Origin: a virus
Length of the DNA stretch: 64,000 bases
Reading direction: 5' to 3' (one strand)
Virus record (IMG/VR): IMGVR_UViG_3300033149_001989
Span: 69,761 to 133,760 of that record
A program made the position numbers and the translations under genes. A model generated the notes under the pieces. That model had not been told where the DNA came from. It did not search any database and worked only from the letters and a program-made list of their open reading frames with translations. Of the stretch, positions 1 to 9,949 are shown one piece after another (the stretch's first letter is position 1; each line of letters opens with the position of its first letter).

Positions 1-132
1 AATCTGGAAGACGGTGACGAGCTAGACGTTTTTCACCACGAATGTGGCAAGTGTGGTTATCATACTGAGATAACCGTACGCCGAGGAAACAAGGAAATCG
101 CATCTCTAGGAGATGCGGTTCGGCTGCTTGAT

Positions 133-399
133 ATGAAAGATGAAGTATATGGTGGAGTTGTTGTTGACAAACAGGGCAATACTCTGCCCGACCCACGCAG
201 GATAACTCATATAATTCCTAACGATAAAAGTGGGATGACCAAAGATAGATATTATTATGTTGGAATGTGCGGCAAAGTGCTGAGGGGTGACCACAACTAC
301 ACTTTCATAACCTTCCCTTCTAATATGTCATATCTAAGTAAGAGAGAAAGAGAGACACTTTGTAAGGATTGTTTGAAAGAGTATGAAAAGCAGAAATAA
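133..399 (+). CDS. hypothetical protein
   Basis: 88 aa ORF on the coding strand; no recognisable family. Confidence 0.6.
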   Translation: MKDEVYGGVVVDKQGNTLPDPRRITHIIPNDKSGMTKDRYYYVGMCGKVLRGDHNYTFITFPSNMSYLSKRERETLCKDCLKEYEKQK

Positions 400-497
400 A
401 TGTAATAAAAGAATACCCATCAGCCGCAGAGGCGTGTAGAATTACTGGAATTTCACATATTGATGATGTCGCTTCTGGTAGGAGATTGAGTGGTTTT
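400..497 (+). pseudogene. NUMOD1-like homing-endonuclease DNA-binding domain remnant
   Basis: Translates as NVIKEYPSAAEACRITGISHIDDVASGRRLSG, resembling NUMOD1; no intact gene. Confidence 0.45.
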
Positions 498-499
498 AA

Positions 500-1027
500 T
501 TGGAGGTGGAAACAATGATACCCTCAGAAGCGTGGGTTTTGCCACGTCCAGGTAAATCTAAGTACGTAGGAGCCTTTCCCCTCCACTTTGAACGTAAATT
601 ATTAAGGGAACTAAACATTGACCACGAAAAAGACAAGATACTCCATCCATTTGGTGGTAAGGCTGAGTTTGGAACTAGATGCGATATTAACCCAGAAGTA
701 GAACCTGATATAGTCTGTGATGCACACGATTTGCCATTTGAGGATAATACTTTTGACCTTGTGATTCTTGACCCACCATATAGTGAGGATTATGCTGAGA
801 GATTGTATAATACCAAAAAGCACGGAAAACTGCGGTTCAAAAAATATACGGCAGAAGCGGTTAGAGTGACGAAAGTCGGTGGGTTCATCACTATGTACCA
901 CTATCTTGCTACACCAGCTATACGAGACACGATTCTAGTAAAAAGAATTCTAATGGAGACAAGGGTTTGGCACAAAGCAAGAATAATACACATACATCAG
1001 AAAAGACCAGAACTATGGCAAAAGTAG
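500..1027 (+). CDS. SAM-dependent amino-methyltransferase (probable DNA N6A/N4C MTase)
   Basis: LHPFGG motif I-like, DAHDLPF, DLVILDPPY catalytic motif. Confidence 0.75.
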   Translation: MEVETMIPSEAWVLPRPGKSKYVGAFPLHFERKLLRELNIDHEKDKILHPFGGKAEFGTRCDINPEVEPDIVCDAHDLPFEDNTFDLVILDPPYSEDYAERLYNTKKHGKLRFKKYTAEAVRVTKVGGFITMYHYLATPAIRDTILVKRILMETRVWHKARIIHIHQKRPELWQK

Positions 1028-1587
1028 TGCGTTATAAGACTATCTATGCTGACCCTCCCTGGAAGTATAGGAACAACAAGGCGGATTCGGCTAGGTTAGG
1101 AGCGGCTACTTCAGCTTACCCTGTTATGAAATTGGAGGATATAATGGCTTTACCAGTTTCTAATATAGCTGATAGGGATGCTACATTATTATTATGGGTT
1201 ACTATGCCTATGCTCCAAGATGGTTTGCGGGTTATAAAGGCTTGGGGTTTTACTTATAAAACTTGTGCCTTTGTTTGGGTAAAACTCAACCCCTCTGGTA
1301 TAGGTGTCTATAGTGGTTTAGGGCACTGGGTTAATGGTAATGCTGAGTTAGTTCTCCTAGCCAACAGAGGTCATCCATTGAGGCTGAGGAAAGATATTAA
1401 GCAAATAGTAATGGCGCCCAGAGGAGCACACTCCATTAAACCAGATGAGGTTAGGAAGAGAATAGAACTACTATTTGAACCTCCAAGAATAGAATTATTT
1501 GCCAGAAGGAAACATGATGGATGGGATTGTTGGGGCAATGAAATTGATTCTGACATAAATATAGAGGATTACTTAGGGAAGAATTAA
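1015..1587 (+). CDS. MT-A70 family adenine methyltransferase
   Basis: IYADPPW, LLLWVT, FVWVK, HSIKP, RIELFAR, GWDCWGNE; start moved to ATG 1015. Confidence 0.92.
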   Translation: MAKVVRYKTIYADPPWKYRNNKADSARLGAATSAYPVMKLEDIMALPVSNIADRDATLLLWVTMPMLQDGLRVIKAWGFTYKTCAFVWVKLNPSGIGVYSGLGHWVNGNAELVLLANRGHPLRLRKDIKQIVMAPRGAHSIKPDEVRKRIELLFEPPRIELFARRKHDGWDCWGNEIDSDINIEDYLGKN

Positions 1588-1589
1588 CA

Positions 1590-2123
1590 ATGCACATGGT
1601 AGTTAGAGTCCTAGTATTTGCCAAAGATGCGGAGGAGGCAGTGAAGATAGCAGGAGATGCTCTTTACAGTATGTGTGGAGACGGTATGCCTTTTGATTAC
1701 TACAATTTGTTTGATAACGAGGCTGCTTCTGAAAGGTGGGGTGAACTACCAGTTGTTATGAGGGTGTGCAATAAGATGGGAACAAAAAGATGTGATAACT
1801 GCCCCGACCGCTTCAAATGCTATACAGATAGGCAAGCCTACGACCTGCTCGAAGAAGGGATACAGGCTTCAGAGAGGGAATTTTATCGCTATCTAACCGA
1901 CCTACGTAAATGCTTTTACAAGAAAGACAAAAAGAAACTAATAGATGATGGTCATTTTAGATACCTCTGCTATAAACTTGGTGAATATGGGGGTTCGTCT
2001 ATTTACTTGTATAATGAAGAAGGAGAAGGTATACGTTCTCGAAAAGAATTAGAAGATATTCTGGTGCACGCTGATAGAGAAGATGAAATTCTATATATAA
2101 TTCCAGCAGATGTGCATTATTAA
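1590..2123 (+). CDS. hypothetical protein with internal Cys tag
   Basis: CDNCPDRFKCYT at 1791-1826. Confidence 0.8.
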   Translation: MHMVVRVLVFAKDAEEAVKIAGDALYSMCGDGMPFDYYNLFDNEAASERWGELPVVMRVCNKMGTKRCDNCPDRFKCYTDRQAYDLLEEGIQASEREFYRYLTDLRKCFYKKDKKKLIDDGHFRYLCYKLGEYGGSSIYLYNEEGEGIRSRKELEDILVHADREDEILYIIPADVHY

Positions 2124-2129
2124 AAGGGC

Positions 2130-2158
2130 TTGACTTCACACTTGGCATATTGTATTAT
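2130..2158 (+). promoter_or_regulatory. sigma70-type promoter
   Basis: TTGACT-N17-TATTAT, intergenic, GGCATA in spacer. Confidence 0.75.
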
Positions 2159-2249
2159 AAAGTATTATGTATAATATAATTATGACTGTTTCCATTAGAG
2201 CGAAAGGGTCTACTGGAAATCAAAAATTTTAATTTGAAATTAGAGGAAA

Positions 2250-3134
2250 ATGGCTTGCTTAACAGTAACTAAGTATATCGAACTGAGAAAATATCTGAGG
2301 GCTTTTAGAAAGCGGCACATTGGGTTGCTTATTGTGGTGTCTAGGGCTGGTCTAGGTAAAACTTCTTTAGTGGAAGAGGAATTAGAAGTGGAAGCACCAT
2401 TGATACTCAATTCTCATATTACCCCGTTAGCCTTTTACAAGATGCTGGCTGAAAAAGTAAAAGAGGAAAAAGATTGTTTTGTTGTTATTGACGAAGCAGA
2501 AATAATGTTTAGCAATCCAAAATTAAAGACTATGCTAAAATTGTTATGCGATACTAGAAAAGAAAAAATTGTGCAATATAGTTCCACTACACCATTACTT
2601 AGGGGTTTACCTAAAGAAATTCATACCGAAGCCAAAGTGATAATGCTAATAAATACGCTTGAACCGAAAGATGAGCATATAAAGGCTATTATGTCTAGAG
2701 GACATCTAATATCCTTCGAACCTCCTGATATGGAAATATTTAACTACTTGGATAATTCTTTATGGGTTGAGGACAAAGAAGTTATCAAGTTTATAAAAGG
2801 TTATGCAAACTTGTCTAAATCTATGTCTCTTAGAACATATGTTAAGGCAGTGGAAAGCAAAATGTCTAATCTTGATTGGCAAGCCATTGTATTAAATGAT
2901 ATGGAATTAGATAATAGATTGCTTGTTGTTCAAAGAATACTACAAGATAAAAGTATTAGAAAAGAGGCAAAGCGGATTGAACAGTGGCGCACCCTGACTG
3001 GTGACAGTCAAGCACAATACTATCGTTATAGAAAAATGTATCTCACTAAAGTCCTTGGAAAGAAATTGGATGATGAAATTGACAAAGAATTTATCAATTT
3101 ATCACCAAATACAAACAATGCACAACCTCAGTAG
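2250..3134 (+). CDS. P-loop/AAA-type ATPase
   Basis: Walker A-like SRAGLGKT, Walker B VVIDEAE, arginine-finger-like IMSRG. Confidence 0.75.
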   Translation: MACLTVTKYIELRKYLRAFRKRHIGLLIVVSRAGLGKTSLVEEELEVEAPLILNSHITPLAFYKMLAEKVKEEKDCFVVIDEAEIMFSNPKLKTMLKLLCDTRKEKIVQYSSTTPLLRGLPKEIHTEAKVIMLINTLEPKDEHIKAIMSRGHLISFEPPDMEIFNYLDNSLWVEDKEVIKFIKGYANLSKSMSLRTYVKAVESKMSNLDWQAIVLNDMELDNRLLVVQRILQDKSIRKEAKRIEQWRTLTGDSQAQYYRYRKMYLTKVLGKKLDDEIDKEFINLSPNTNNAQPQ

Positions 3135-3570
3135 TGAACTTTACATTATGTCAAGCGGGTCGTGAACTTTGTTATATTTTATAATTTCTGTCATAATTGT
3201 TGTAATTGCATCGTTTATCATTACGTTACTTGGGAAAAATCCTTACTCTAATCAAGTTAAATTGAAGAAAAATCGTCGAAAAAGTAAATCTCATGGCTTT
3301 AGTGATGGTGTGGGATGGAGATAATTGTTATTGCATTTATTGTCGCCCTAGTAATTGTTTTCTGTTGTAAAAGATGACTGGAAAGAAGTTGGCTGGCAGG
3401 GAGATTATTCCCAATGATAAGCAAAAATAAGAAGGTAATAACAGTGAGAAAATTCACCAAAGAAACAAAGAACCTAAAGGAAAGGCATTGAAACTGGTAA
3501 CTCTTTATATAAGAAGGTTATCCAGTAAAAGCGGAACTAATTGTAGACGACTTTCTCGACCTTATAGAGG

Positions 3571-3690
3571 AGGATATGCTCAAGGCTGGCTTTAGGAGTG
3601 TGGAGCTATGAAAAGGTATGAATATGCAGAGCAGGAAGGACATCATATCAAAGAAGATAATAGATTAACAGAAGTTGTATATGTCGAGTG
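3571..3690 (+). repeat. diverged duplication, copy 1 (copy 2 at about 13551-13670)
   Basis: ATGCTCAAGG(C/T)TGG..TTTAGGAG..ATGAA..GAATAT..CAGGA.GG.CATCA..ACAGAAGTTGTATA shared between copies. Confidence 0.85.
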
Positions 3691-3802
3691 TGAAGGTTGT
3701 GGGATAACTTCCAATGACCTTACTGGTTGGGGGTGTCTTTATGATGATAGGGATGATGTGTGGTATTATCTTTGTCCTTCGTGTCAAGAGGTGGAGTTAT
3801 GA
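3608..3802 (+). CDS. small zinc-ribbon protein
   Basis: CEGC...CPSC. Confidence 0.6.
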   Translation: MKRYEYAEQEGHHIKEDNRLTEVVYVECEGCGITSNDLTGWGCLYDDRDDVWYYLCPSCQEVEL

Positions 3803-3978
3803 TAACGGTATTATGCCCAATATGTAACGGTGATGGGGAAGTAGAAAAGCGACAAGGTTCATCAGTAACCACAAAGATTAAATGTGTGAAGTGTGACGGG
3901 AAAGGATACATAGAGGCAAAAGAGGAATTTGTATTTTACCAGCCTTCTATTTCCCAACTCAAACATATGTTTGAGTAA
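3799..3978 (+). CDS. DnaJ-type zinc-finger small protein
   Basis: CPICNGDG...CVKCDGKG. Confidence 0.6.
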   Translation: MITVLCPICNGDGEVEKRQGSSVTTKIKCVKCDGKGYIEAKEEFVFYQPSISQLKHMFE

Positions 3979-4295
3979 TGTCTTAACTCTAGGCTTATGG
4001 TAAGGATAGAAACGAGCTACCACTTACGGGTTGCCCAAAGGCAGCCACTATGGTACTTATTGTCAGGTCTGAAGCTAAAGGAGGTTAGAATGAACCAAGA
4101 TGAACTAATTAAGTACAAGCTGACGGATAACCAATTGAAACAAAATTTGGGATGACACCGAAAGCTATGACAGTATGGATGATTGGCGGAAAAAGGTTCG
4201 TAGAAATATAGCCGAAGACCAACTTCGCAAAGTAATTATTTCTGTTATCCGACAAGAAATTGCCGATGAGTTGAAATGTAAAAAGGAGGTAAAAA

Positions 4296-4787
4296 ATGAA
4301 AACCTATAGAGCCTTATGTATTCTTATCTATACGTCCATTGGTTTCCTCTTAGGTTGGTGTCTATGCCCTCAGTTCATAGAACCTGAAGTTGTGCCTGTA
4401 GGTTACTATACAGTAGTCCTAGTTGACCGCCCAGTACCTGAGCCTTACGCCGTACCAGTTGAGAGGGTAATAGTCAAAACCGAATATGTTAGAATACCTC
4501 AGCCATTGCGCAACTTTGAGACTGTAAACGAGTTAAAGGATTTCCTCTCAAGAACCAACGTTGACGAAACCACGATTATAATGAATGACCCGAAGGAGAA
4601 AGCGGACTGCGATGACTATGCTCTACTTCTTATTAAGTATGCCCATAGGGAAGGGTATGCTTTACATTTTCAGATAGACAAAATAGGGCACCGAGGACAC
4701 GCCCTTTGCTGTGCTCTGATTGGGAATGAGGTATACTTCATCGAGCCTTCTACTGATGAATATTGGAAAGTAGCAAACATAGATTAA
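4296..4787 (+). CDS. membrane-anchored papain/transglutaminase-like protein
   Basis: N-terminal hydrophobic segment; DCDDYA...GHA...FIEP Cys-His-Glu pattern. Confidence 0.6.
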   Translation: MKTYRALCILIYTSIGFLLGWCLCPQFIEPEVVPVGYYTVVLVDRPVPEPYAVPVERVIVKTEYVRIPQPLRNFETVNELKDFLSRTNVDETTIIMNDPKEKADCDDYALLLIKYAHREGYALHFQIDKIGHRGHALCCALIGNEVYFIEPSTDEYWKVANID

Positions 4788-4798
4788 CCTTAATAAAA

Positions 4799-5227
4799 AT
4801 GGCCATGGACGAAAAAGAATTGAACCAGAAAATAAAAGACGGGAGGTGTATTTGTGATGCTTGTGCCAGACGGTTTATCTGTTGGACACAAAAAAGAGCG
4901 TTCAGTGAACCAGCTTATCAATCTTTATATGAGGTTCATATCCAAGAGGGTAAAAGTCATGAAGAGGCTATTGCTCAGGTAAGAAGTTTTGTTGAACATG
5001 AATGTTCTACTGCAATACAAATAGCCGAAAGAGGCAAAAGAGCAGAAGTGAAGGATTGTTGGGTTAAAGAACGGAAATTGCATCCCTCATATTCGAAGCA
5101 AGATAGGTGGGTATATGATAAATTATCATCGGTTAGAGACTCAACGAGGTCGGTTGATGAGTTTAAAAAAGAAATAACAGATTTAAAAAAGAAAATGCGG
5201 AAAGCGTTTTATGGAAAAGATGCCTAG
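4799..5227 (+). CDS. hypothetical protein with Cys tag; paralog of 46776-47117
   Basis: CDACARRFICWT at 4853-4888 followed by QKRAFSEPAYQSLYE. Confidence 0.8.
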   Translation: MAMDEKELNQKIKDGRCICDACARRFICWTQKRAFSEPAYQSLYEVHIQEGKSHEEAIAQVRSFVEHECSTAIQIAERGKRAEVKDCWVKERKLHPSYSKQDRWVYDKLSSVRDSTRSVDEFKKEITDLKKKMRKAFYGKDA

Positions 5228-6716
5228 AGCAAACTGTGATGTTTGCACACTAAAGGATTCAGTATTTGTTCCATCCGAGATTAATGACTCAGGGGTTTTA
5301 ATTTTGGTAGAGGCACCAGGATACCACGAGTCTAAAGAAGGTAAGCCGTTAGTGGGGGTTGCTGGTCACGACTTGGAAAGTATTATTAAAGAGTTGGGTT
5401 ATGAAAGAAAAGATGCTAGTTATATCAATGCAGTGACTTGTTTAACAAATCCTAGAGTAAGCATTTATACTTCTAAAGGATGGGTTATATGGAAAAGGTT
5501 GAAAGTTGGGGATTTGGTTCTTACTCATACTGGCAAGTTTAAACGAATTATCTCTAAGATTGAATTTTCGGCTAAAAAAGAAATATTTAAAGTAAAAACA
5601 AAGGCTGGTAATGTTTGGGTATCTAGTGACCATAGATTTAATACGAAAGATGGGTGGAAATTTGTATCTAAACTAAAGATTGGTGACAAAATTCAAGTTT
5701 TTGGCGAAAAGTGTCCTGTCTGCGATAAAATCTTCTATTCAAGAAATAAATTTTGTTCACCTAATTGTGAAAAAATAGATAGAAGTAAACGAATGGCGGA
5801 ACGTAATAAATTAGGGTTATCACTTGAAACGAGAGAAAAAATACGGAAATCTATGCTTACTCAGTATCAATCTGGATTAAGAAATCCACAAGAGATTACT
5901 AAACGTGCCCACGAAGTATATAAACAAGGATGTACTGGTTTAGGTGAAAATGAACTAAAAGGTTTATTATCTTTGTGGAATTATAATTTTATCCACCACG
6001 CAGAAGTTGATAAATGGCAAGTTGACTTTTTGTTAAATAACAAAATTATTGTAGAAATATGGACTGGTGGGTTAAGCGAGTGGCAAGAAATAGAAAGCAA
6101 AAGAAAATATTTAGAACCTTTGGGGTATACAGTATTAGATTATCATTTTTCTCTTGTATATAGGTATCCTGACTTAATACGTTACGAATTAGACAATATA
6201 AATAAAAATCATAATAAGGAATTTAGCTTTGATTTTGTTTCTATTGATAGTATTAAGAAAGGGAGTGGTGTATTTAGACGTAAGTTTTATTCATTAGAAG
6301 TGGAAGATGACGAATCTTTTGTGGCTAGAAATATTGTTCACCATAATTGTCGCCCGACTAAGCAGAGGGATGGGAAAACATATAACCGCACCCCTACCAA
6401 TAAGGAAATCGAGTGGTGTAACGAAAGGATGATTGCTGAAATTGAAAAGTTACATTCACAAATAATTGTTTGTATGGGTAAGATACCTTATGTTGCGTTG
6501 ACTGGTAACAAAGATGCAGTTATGCGTAATATTGTTGGTTCAACCTTTGAATGGCGGGGCAAGTTTGATGTAATTGTTACCTATCATCCAGCGGCGATAA
6601 CCCACTCAGGTGGTAGTGGAACAGAACGTGGAAGAATGATAAGAAATGAAATAAAGAATACCCTCCGCAAGGCTTTTGGAACAAAACCAAAGCCAAAGCA
6701 GTTAAAATTGTTATGA
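5211..6716 (+). CDS. family 4 uracil-DNA glycosylase-like protein, intein-containing
   Basis: CDVC, VEAPG..E...G.PLVG.AG, YINAVT/CRP...NRTP, TYHPAA. Confidence 0.9.
   Translation: MEKMPRANCDVCTLKDSVFVPSEINDSGVLILVEAPGYHESKEGKPLVGVAGHDLESIIKELGYERKDASYINAVTCLTNPRVSIYTSKGWVIWKRLKVGDLVLTHTGKFKRIISKIEFSAKKEIFKVKTKAGNVWVSSDHRFNTKDGWKFVSKLKIGDKIQVFGEKCPVCDKIFYSRNKFCSPNCEKIDRSKRMAERNKLGLSLETREKIRKSMLTQYQSGLRNPQEITKRAHEVYKQGCTGLGENELKGLLSLWNYNFIHHAEVDKWQVDFLLNNKIIVEIWTGGLSEWQEIESKRKYLEPLGYTVLDYHFSLVYRYPDLIRYELDNINKNHNKEFSFDFVSIDSIKKGSGVFRRKFYSLEVEDDESFVARNIVHHNCRPTKQRDGKTYNRTPTNKEIEWCNERMIAEIEKLHSQIIVCMGKIPYVALTGNKDAVMRNIVGSTFEWRGKFDVIVTYHPAAITHSGGSGTERGRMIRNEIKNTLRKAFGTKPKPKQLKLL
5439..6347 (+). 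mobile_element. intein with DUF559/Vsr-like endonuclease
   Basis: Starts CLTNPRVSIYT, block B VSSDHRF, ends YSLEVEDDESFVARNIVHHN followed by Cys+1; insert has VDFLLNNKIIVEI...LGYTVL. Confidence 0.88.
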
Positions 6717-7108
6717 AATCTTTATCTAAAGGAATCGTAAAAAAAGTTAAACCTATTGGGAAAGTTAATCGAAACATTGTAAGACCGATGGACGGAGAAC
6801 GCATTGTCTTTCGGGTAATAAGTAGACACCCAAAATTCTACTATGACCAAGACTATGGGTGCAAACCAGAAAAGGTAGAAGATTGCGATACTTGTCCCTA
6901 TAAATTCGAATGTTTTACCATAGGAAGGCATACCAATTGGGATGGTAGTGACCTTATTCAAATAGAATTTAAGGGTAAGACACTTGGTATTTTCCCAAGA
7001 TACTGGAAGACACCAGAACCAACAACAAACGAACTTGAGGCATATCTTTGGGGGGAGTCTAATGGTAGGCTTCAAATGAGGACTTCTAGGGGTAGTAGTT
7101 GGAGATAA
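6713..7108 (+). CDS. hypothetical protein with Cys tag
   Basis: CDTCPYKFECFT at 6884-6919. Confidence 0.8.
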   Translation: MKSLSKGIVKKVKPIGKVNRNIVRPMDGERIVFRVISRHPKFYYDQDYGCKPEKVEDCDTCPYKFECFTIGRHTNWDGSDLIQIEFKGKTLGIFPRYWKTPEPTTNELEAYLWGESNGRLQMRTSRGSSWR

Positions 7109-7132
7109 AAATAGATGTGTCGCAAAAAGGAC

Positions 7133-7161
7133 TTGACATTTAGCGTGGCATATGGTAGGAT
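7133..7161 (+). promoter_or_regulatory. sigma70-type promoter
   Basis: TTGACA-N17-TAGGAT, extended -10 TG, GGCATA in spacer. Confidence 0.7.
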
Positions 7162-7201
7162 AATAATATGACAGTAAAAGTATTTATTGTAGCGAAAGAG
7201 G

Positions 7202-7402
7202 TTGGGGACAACGAATCCAAACTTTGAAAGATTCAAAATAATGTCAGAACCTTGTGAAAGTACACTTTTTTCGGGGTACATATCGGTAGATGCCATGTTT
7301 TATCCCTGTTCATTTGCCGAAGGTGTGGGTGAGTGGTGTGAGGGAATAGATGTTATAAATAGTAATGATTTTGTTAAAGATGTATGGTGGTGGGGTAGTT
7401 GA
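7202..7402 (+). pseudogene. radical SAM C-terminal (twitch/SPASM-like) fragment
   Basis: EPCESTLFSGYISVDAMFYPCSF; no CxxxCxxC domain upstream. Confidence 0.5.
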
Positions 7403-7690
7403 AGACCTTGCTAAGTTAATCGCAACAAATGGTTGGGCTGAGGATTTTGGCCTAGAAGAGATTGACGATTATGATATAGAACGGGCAAAAATTTCATTAA
7501 AGAGAATGAAGGTAGAGTAGCTTATATATTTAGAATATCAGATTTCGGAGAGGAAACTGAATCCAGTATGAGAAGTGGTGATGTTTTTGATGGTGTGATT
7601 CCATACGATGCGTGGCTATGATGTCTATAGATAGAAAAGAACGCCGTAAAAAAGTAAGGAAAGCAGAAATCTTTTGTATGAGGTGAATCA

Positions 7691-7909
7691 ATGAAGGAAT
7701 TATTGAAGCAGTATGTCAATAAACAGGTGTCCATTATGGTAAAGGATAGTAACAAAGCCAAAGGTGGAATACTAGAGGTTGTGGGTGAAGATTGTATAGT
7801 GCTTAACCCAAGAACCAACCACGTAGACAGAATTATTATCGCAATCAGTGAGATAACAAGTATTTTAGTCAGTAAATCAGTAGGTGAAGACAATGGAAAT
7901 GGAAGGTAA
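7691..7909 (+). CDS. small Sm/LSm-like beta protein
   Basis: KQVSIMVK...GILEVVGEDCIVL...IIIAISEITSI pattern. Confidence 0.5.
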   Translation: MKELLKQYVNKQVSIMVKDSNKAKGGILEVVGEDCIVLNPRTNHVDRIIIAISEITSILVSKSVGEDNGNGR

Positions 7910-7983
7910 GAATAATCACTGGACAACGGTGCCAGATAGCATATTTAGGAAAATCGGTGTCCAGTTTACAATTTGGAGGTATA

Positions 7984-8343
7984 ATGAAGATTGAATATAA
8001 GACCATCGTTCACGGTATGGTTAAGGAGTTAAAGTGGCAAGATAGCAGAGAAGTTGTGCAGTGGGTTGCTTGTTGTGATAAAATGAGGTCTGCCATAGAG
8101 CGTAGAATCATTGAACCTTCTGGTGATGGTTTCTTGCTAATGAATGTGGAAAATGAATATGAATGTGGTTACTACCCATCAAGAGACCACCTTTGCCCTG
8201 GCAAGTTCTGTCCTTATTGTGGCACCGAGGTTGAATTAATTGAAGTAAAGAAAGTTAGACGAGAAACTAGAACCAGAAGGGTTAGAGCAAAAACAACACC
8301 TGCACACGCAGAAACATACACCGTCGAGGTGGGAGTAAAATGA
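7984..8343 (+). CDS. hypothetical Cys-containing protein
   Basis: CCDKM...FCPYCG; GGAGGT ribosome-binding site before ATG 7984. Confidence 0.7.
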   Translation: MKIEYKTIVHGMVKELKWQDSREVVQWVACCDKMRSAIERRIIEPSGDGFLLMNVENEYECGYYPSRDHLCPGKFCPYCGTEVELIEVKKVRRETRTRRVRAKTTPAHAETYTVEVGVK

Positions 8344-8506
8344 AAACAGCAGAAGAACATCCAACATATCTCAAATGCCCCAAATGTGATGAAAAATTTG
8401 AGGAAGACGAAGTACTTGCAATAACTACTTATAAAGGTGTCTGGGAAGAAGAACTTGTTTTCTTTATTCCAGCTTGCGGAATTGTAAAATCTAGGAGATA
8501 TATTTA

Positions 8507-8947
8507 GTGGGAGTTGGTAATAGGCAAAGATATAATGTGGTTTGTAGTGTTAGCATTTATAAGTCAAGAAGTGAGGAAATTGTTGCAACAAAAGAGGAGG
8601 CTGAGCGGCTTTTGGAGTCCCTACAGGATGAGGTTCGGGCAATGGTTGATATTGAGAAGGAATTGCGGGTACATGTTACCAAGAACAATTACTTGAAAGC
8701 AGGAGATTTTGTAAGAGTAAACCATAATGGGAAACCCTGTATAGCACGTATAATACGGCTACGAGAATACACTTACAGAGGTACAAAATATAACCTAACA
8801 CTTGATGCTGCTGGAACTATATTGAAAGTTAAATGCGGACTTCGTATTCCAAATAATATTGTTCTGGAATGGTTGTGCGATGGTAAATTATCAAATTACT
8901 GTAATGAGTGCGAAAACAGATTTTATTGTATGACGAGTAAAAGATGA
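8507..8947 (+). CDS. hypothetical protein with C-terminal Cys tag
   Basis: CNECENRFYCMT at 8900-8935. Confidence 0.8.
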   Translation: MGVGNRQRYNVVCSVSIYKSRSEEIVATKEEAERLLESLQDEVRAMVDIEKELRVHVTKNNYLKAGDFVRVNHNGKPCIARIIRLREYTYRGTKYNLTLDAAGTILKVKCGLRIPNNIVLEWLCDGKLSNYCNECENRFYCMTSKR

Positions 8948-9324
8948 AAATAAGAAATGGATTTGTAAGTAATAGTAGTAGTTCATCTTTTGTGGTGGCG
9001 TTACATGACCTATCACTTAAACAAGTAGGCATGATACTTAATCATCTTGAATGGGGTAAGAAGCTTGGTATAGAAGGTATAGAATACTGTAAGAGTGGTG
9101 ATACTTGGGACATAGAAGTTAAAAACGGTATTCTTGCAGGTGTAACCAGTATGGATAATTTTGATATGCAGAATTTTTTAGATAAGATTGGTGTCTCTAC
9201 CGCCAAGTTTGGTCACAGTAATGGTACGTGGCTTCTTAAAGAAGATTATCCTAATGAGTGTAATCAAGATTGTGAAAATTACCATATGAGGTTCATTTGC
9301 TTAACAAATGATTGGATAAGATAA
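8944..9324 (+). CDS. MKIRNGFVSNSSSSSF-family phage protein with C-terminal Cys-tag variant
   Basis: Characteristic N-terminus; C-terminal CNQDCENYHMRFICLT. Confidence 0.8.
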   Translation: MKIRNGFVSNSSSSSFVVALHDLSLKQVGMILNHLEWGKKLGIEGIEYCKSGDTWDIEVKNGILAGVTSMDNFDMQNFLDKIGVSTAKFGHSNGTWLLKEDYPNECNQDCENYHMRFICLTNDWIR

Positions 9325-9359
9325 GAAATTGTAAGTTACCGCACACGAAAGGATTATCA

Positions 9360-9604
9360 GTGGAAACGACAGAATGCGATAAAATGTTAGTAGTTCGAGG
9401 GCAGAGCCTAATTTGAGCGAGTTTGTAGATTGGCTTAATAGAAATGGTTATACTATATGCACCCTTGAGATAACTGACGGTTATCCGCAGTATATACACA
9501 TCGTGAATCTTATGAGCAGATATTTGCCAAGTATTTTGGTATTGACTTAGAAAAAGTAGAACAAGAAAAGCAGGTAATGCTGGCAGAAATTAAGAGGAAA
9601 AATA
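9360..9604 (+). pseudogene. frameshifted hypothetical phage gene
   Basis: Segments ECDKMLVVRGQS / SEFVDWLNRNGY / EQIFAKYFGIDLEKVEQEKQ read as one protein across frame changes. Confidence 0.4.
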
Positions 9605-9949
9605 GTGAAAGTGAAAGTGGACGAAGTTAAAGTTGTTTTGGAGTGTGGAGAAATTATTCACACTATGAAATGCGATAGTTGCCCACATAGATTTTTGTGT
9701 TGGACACATAAAGGAATAACGTTTTATCCAAATCAAATGGATATAACGGATAATCTTAATATGGGTAGAAGAGTTAATATAACAGTAAGTATTAATAGAG
9801 CACCCTGCATACCACAATCGAAAATGCTCGGTATACCTATGGTAATATATGTTGATAACGTACCTGCGTTTAAGGGAATTGTAACTAGACAATCATATGA
9901 GTTTTCTAAAGACGGGCAGGAAATGTCAATTTATGTCAATTTGTGGTGA
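9605..9949 (+). CDS. hypothetical protein with Cys tag
   Basis: CDSCPHRFLCWT at 9671-9706. Confidence 0.8.
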   Translation: MKVKVDEVKVVLECGEIIHTMKCDSCPHRFLCWTHKGITFYPNQMDITDNLNMGRRVNITVSINRAPCIPQSKMLGIPMVIYVDNVPAFKGIVTRQSYEFSKDGQEMSIYVNLW

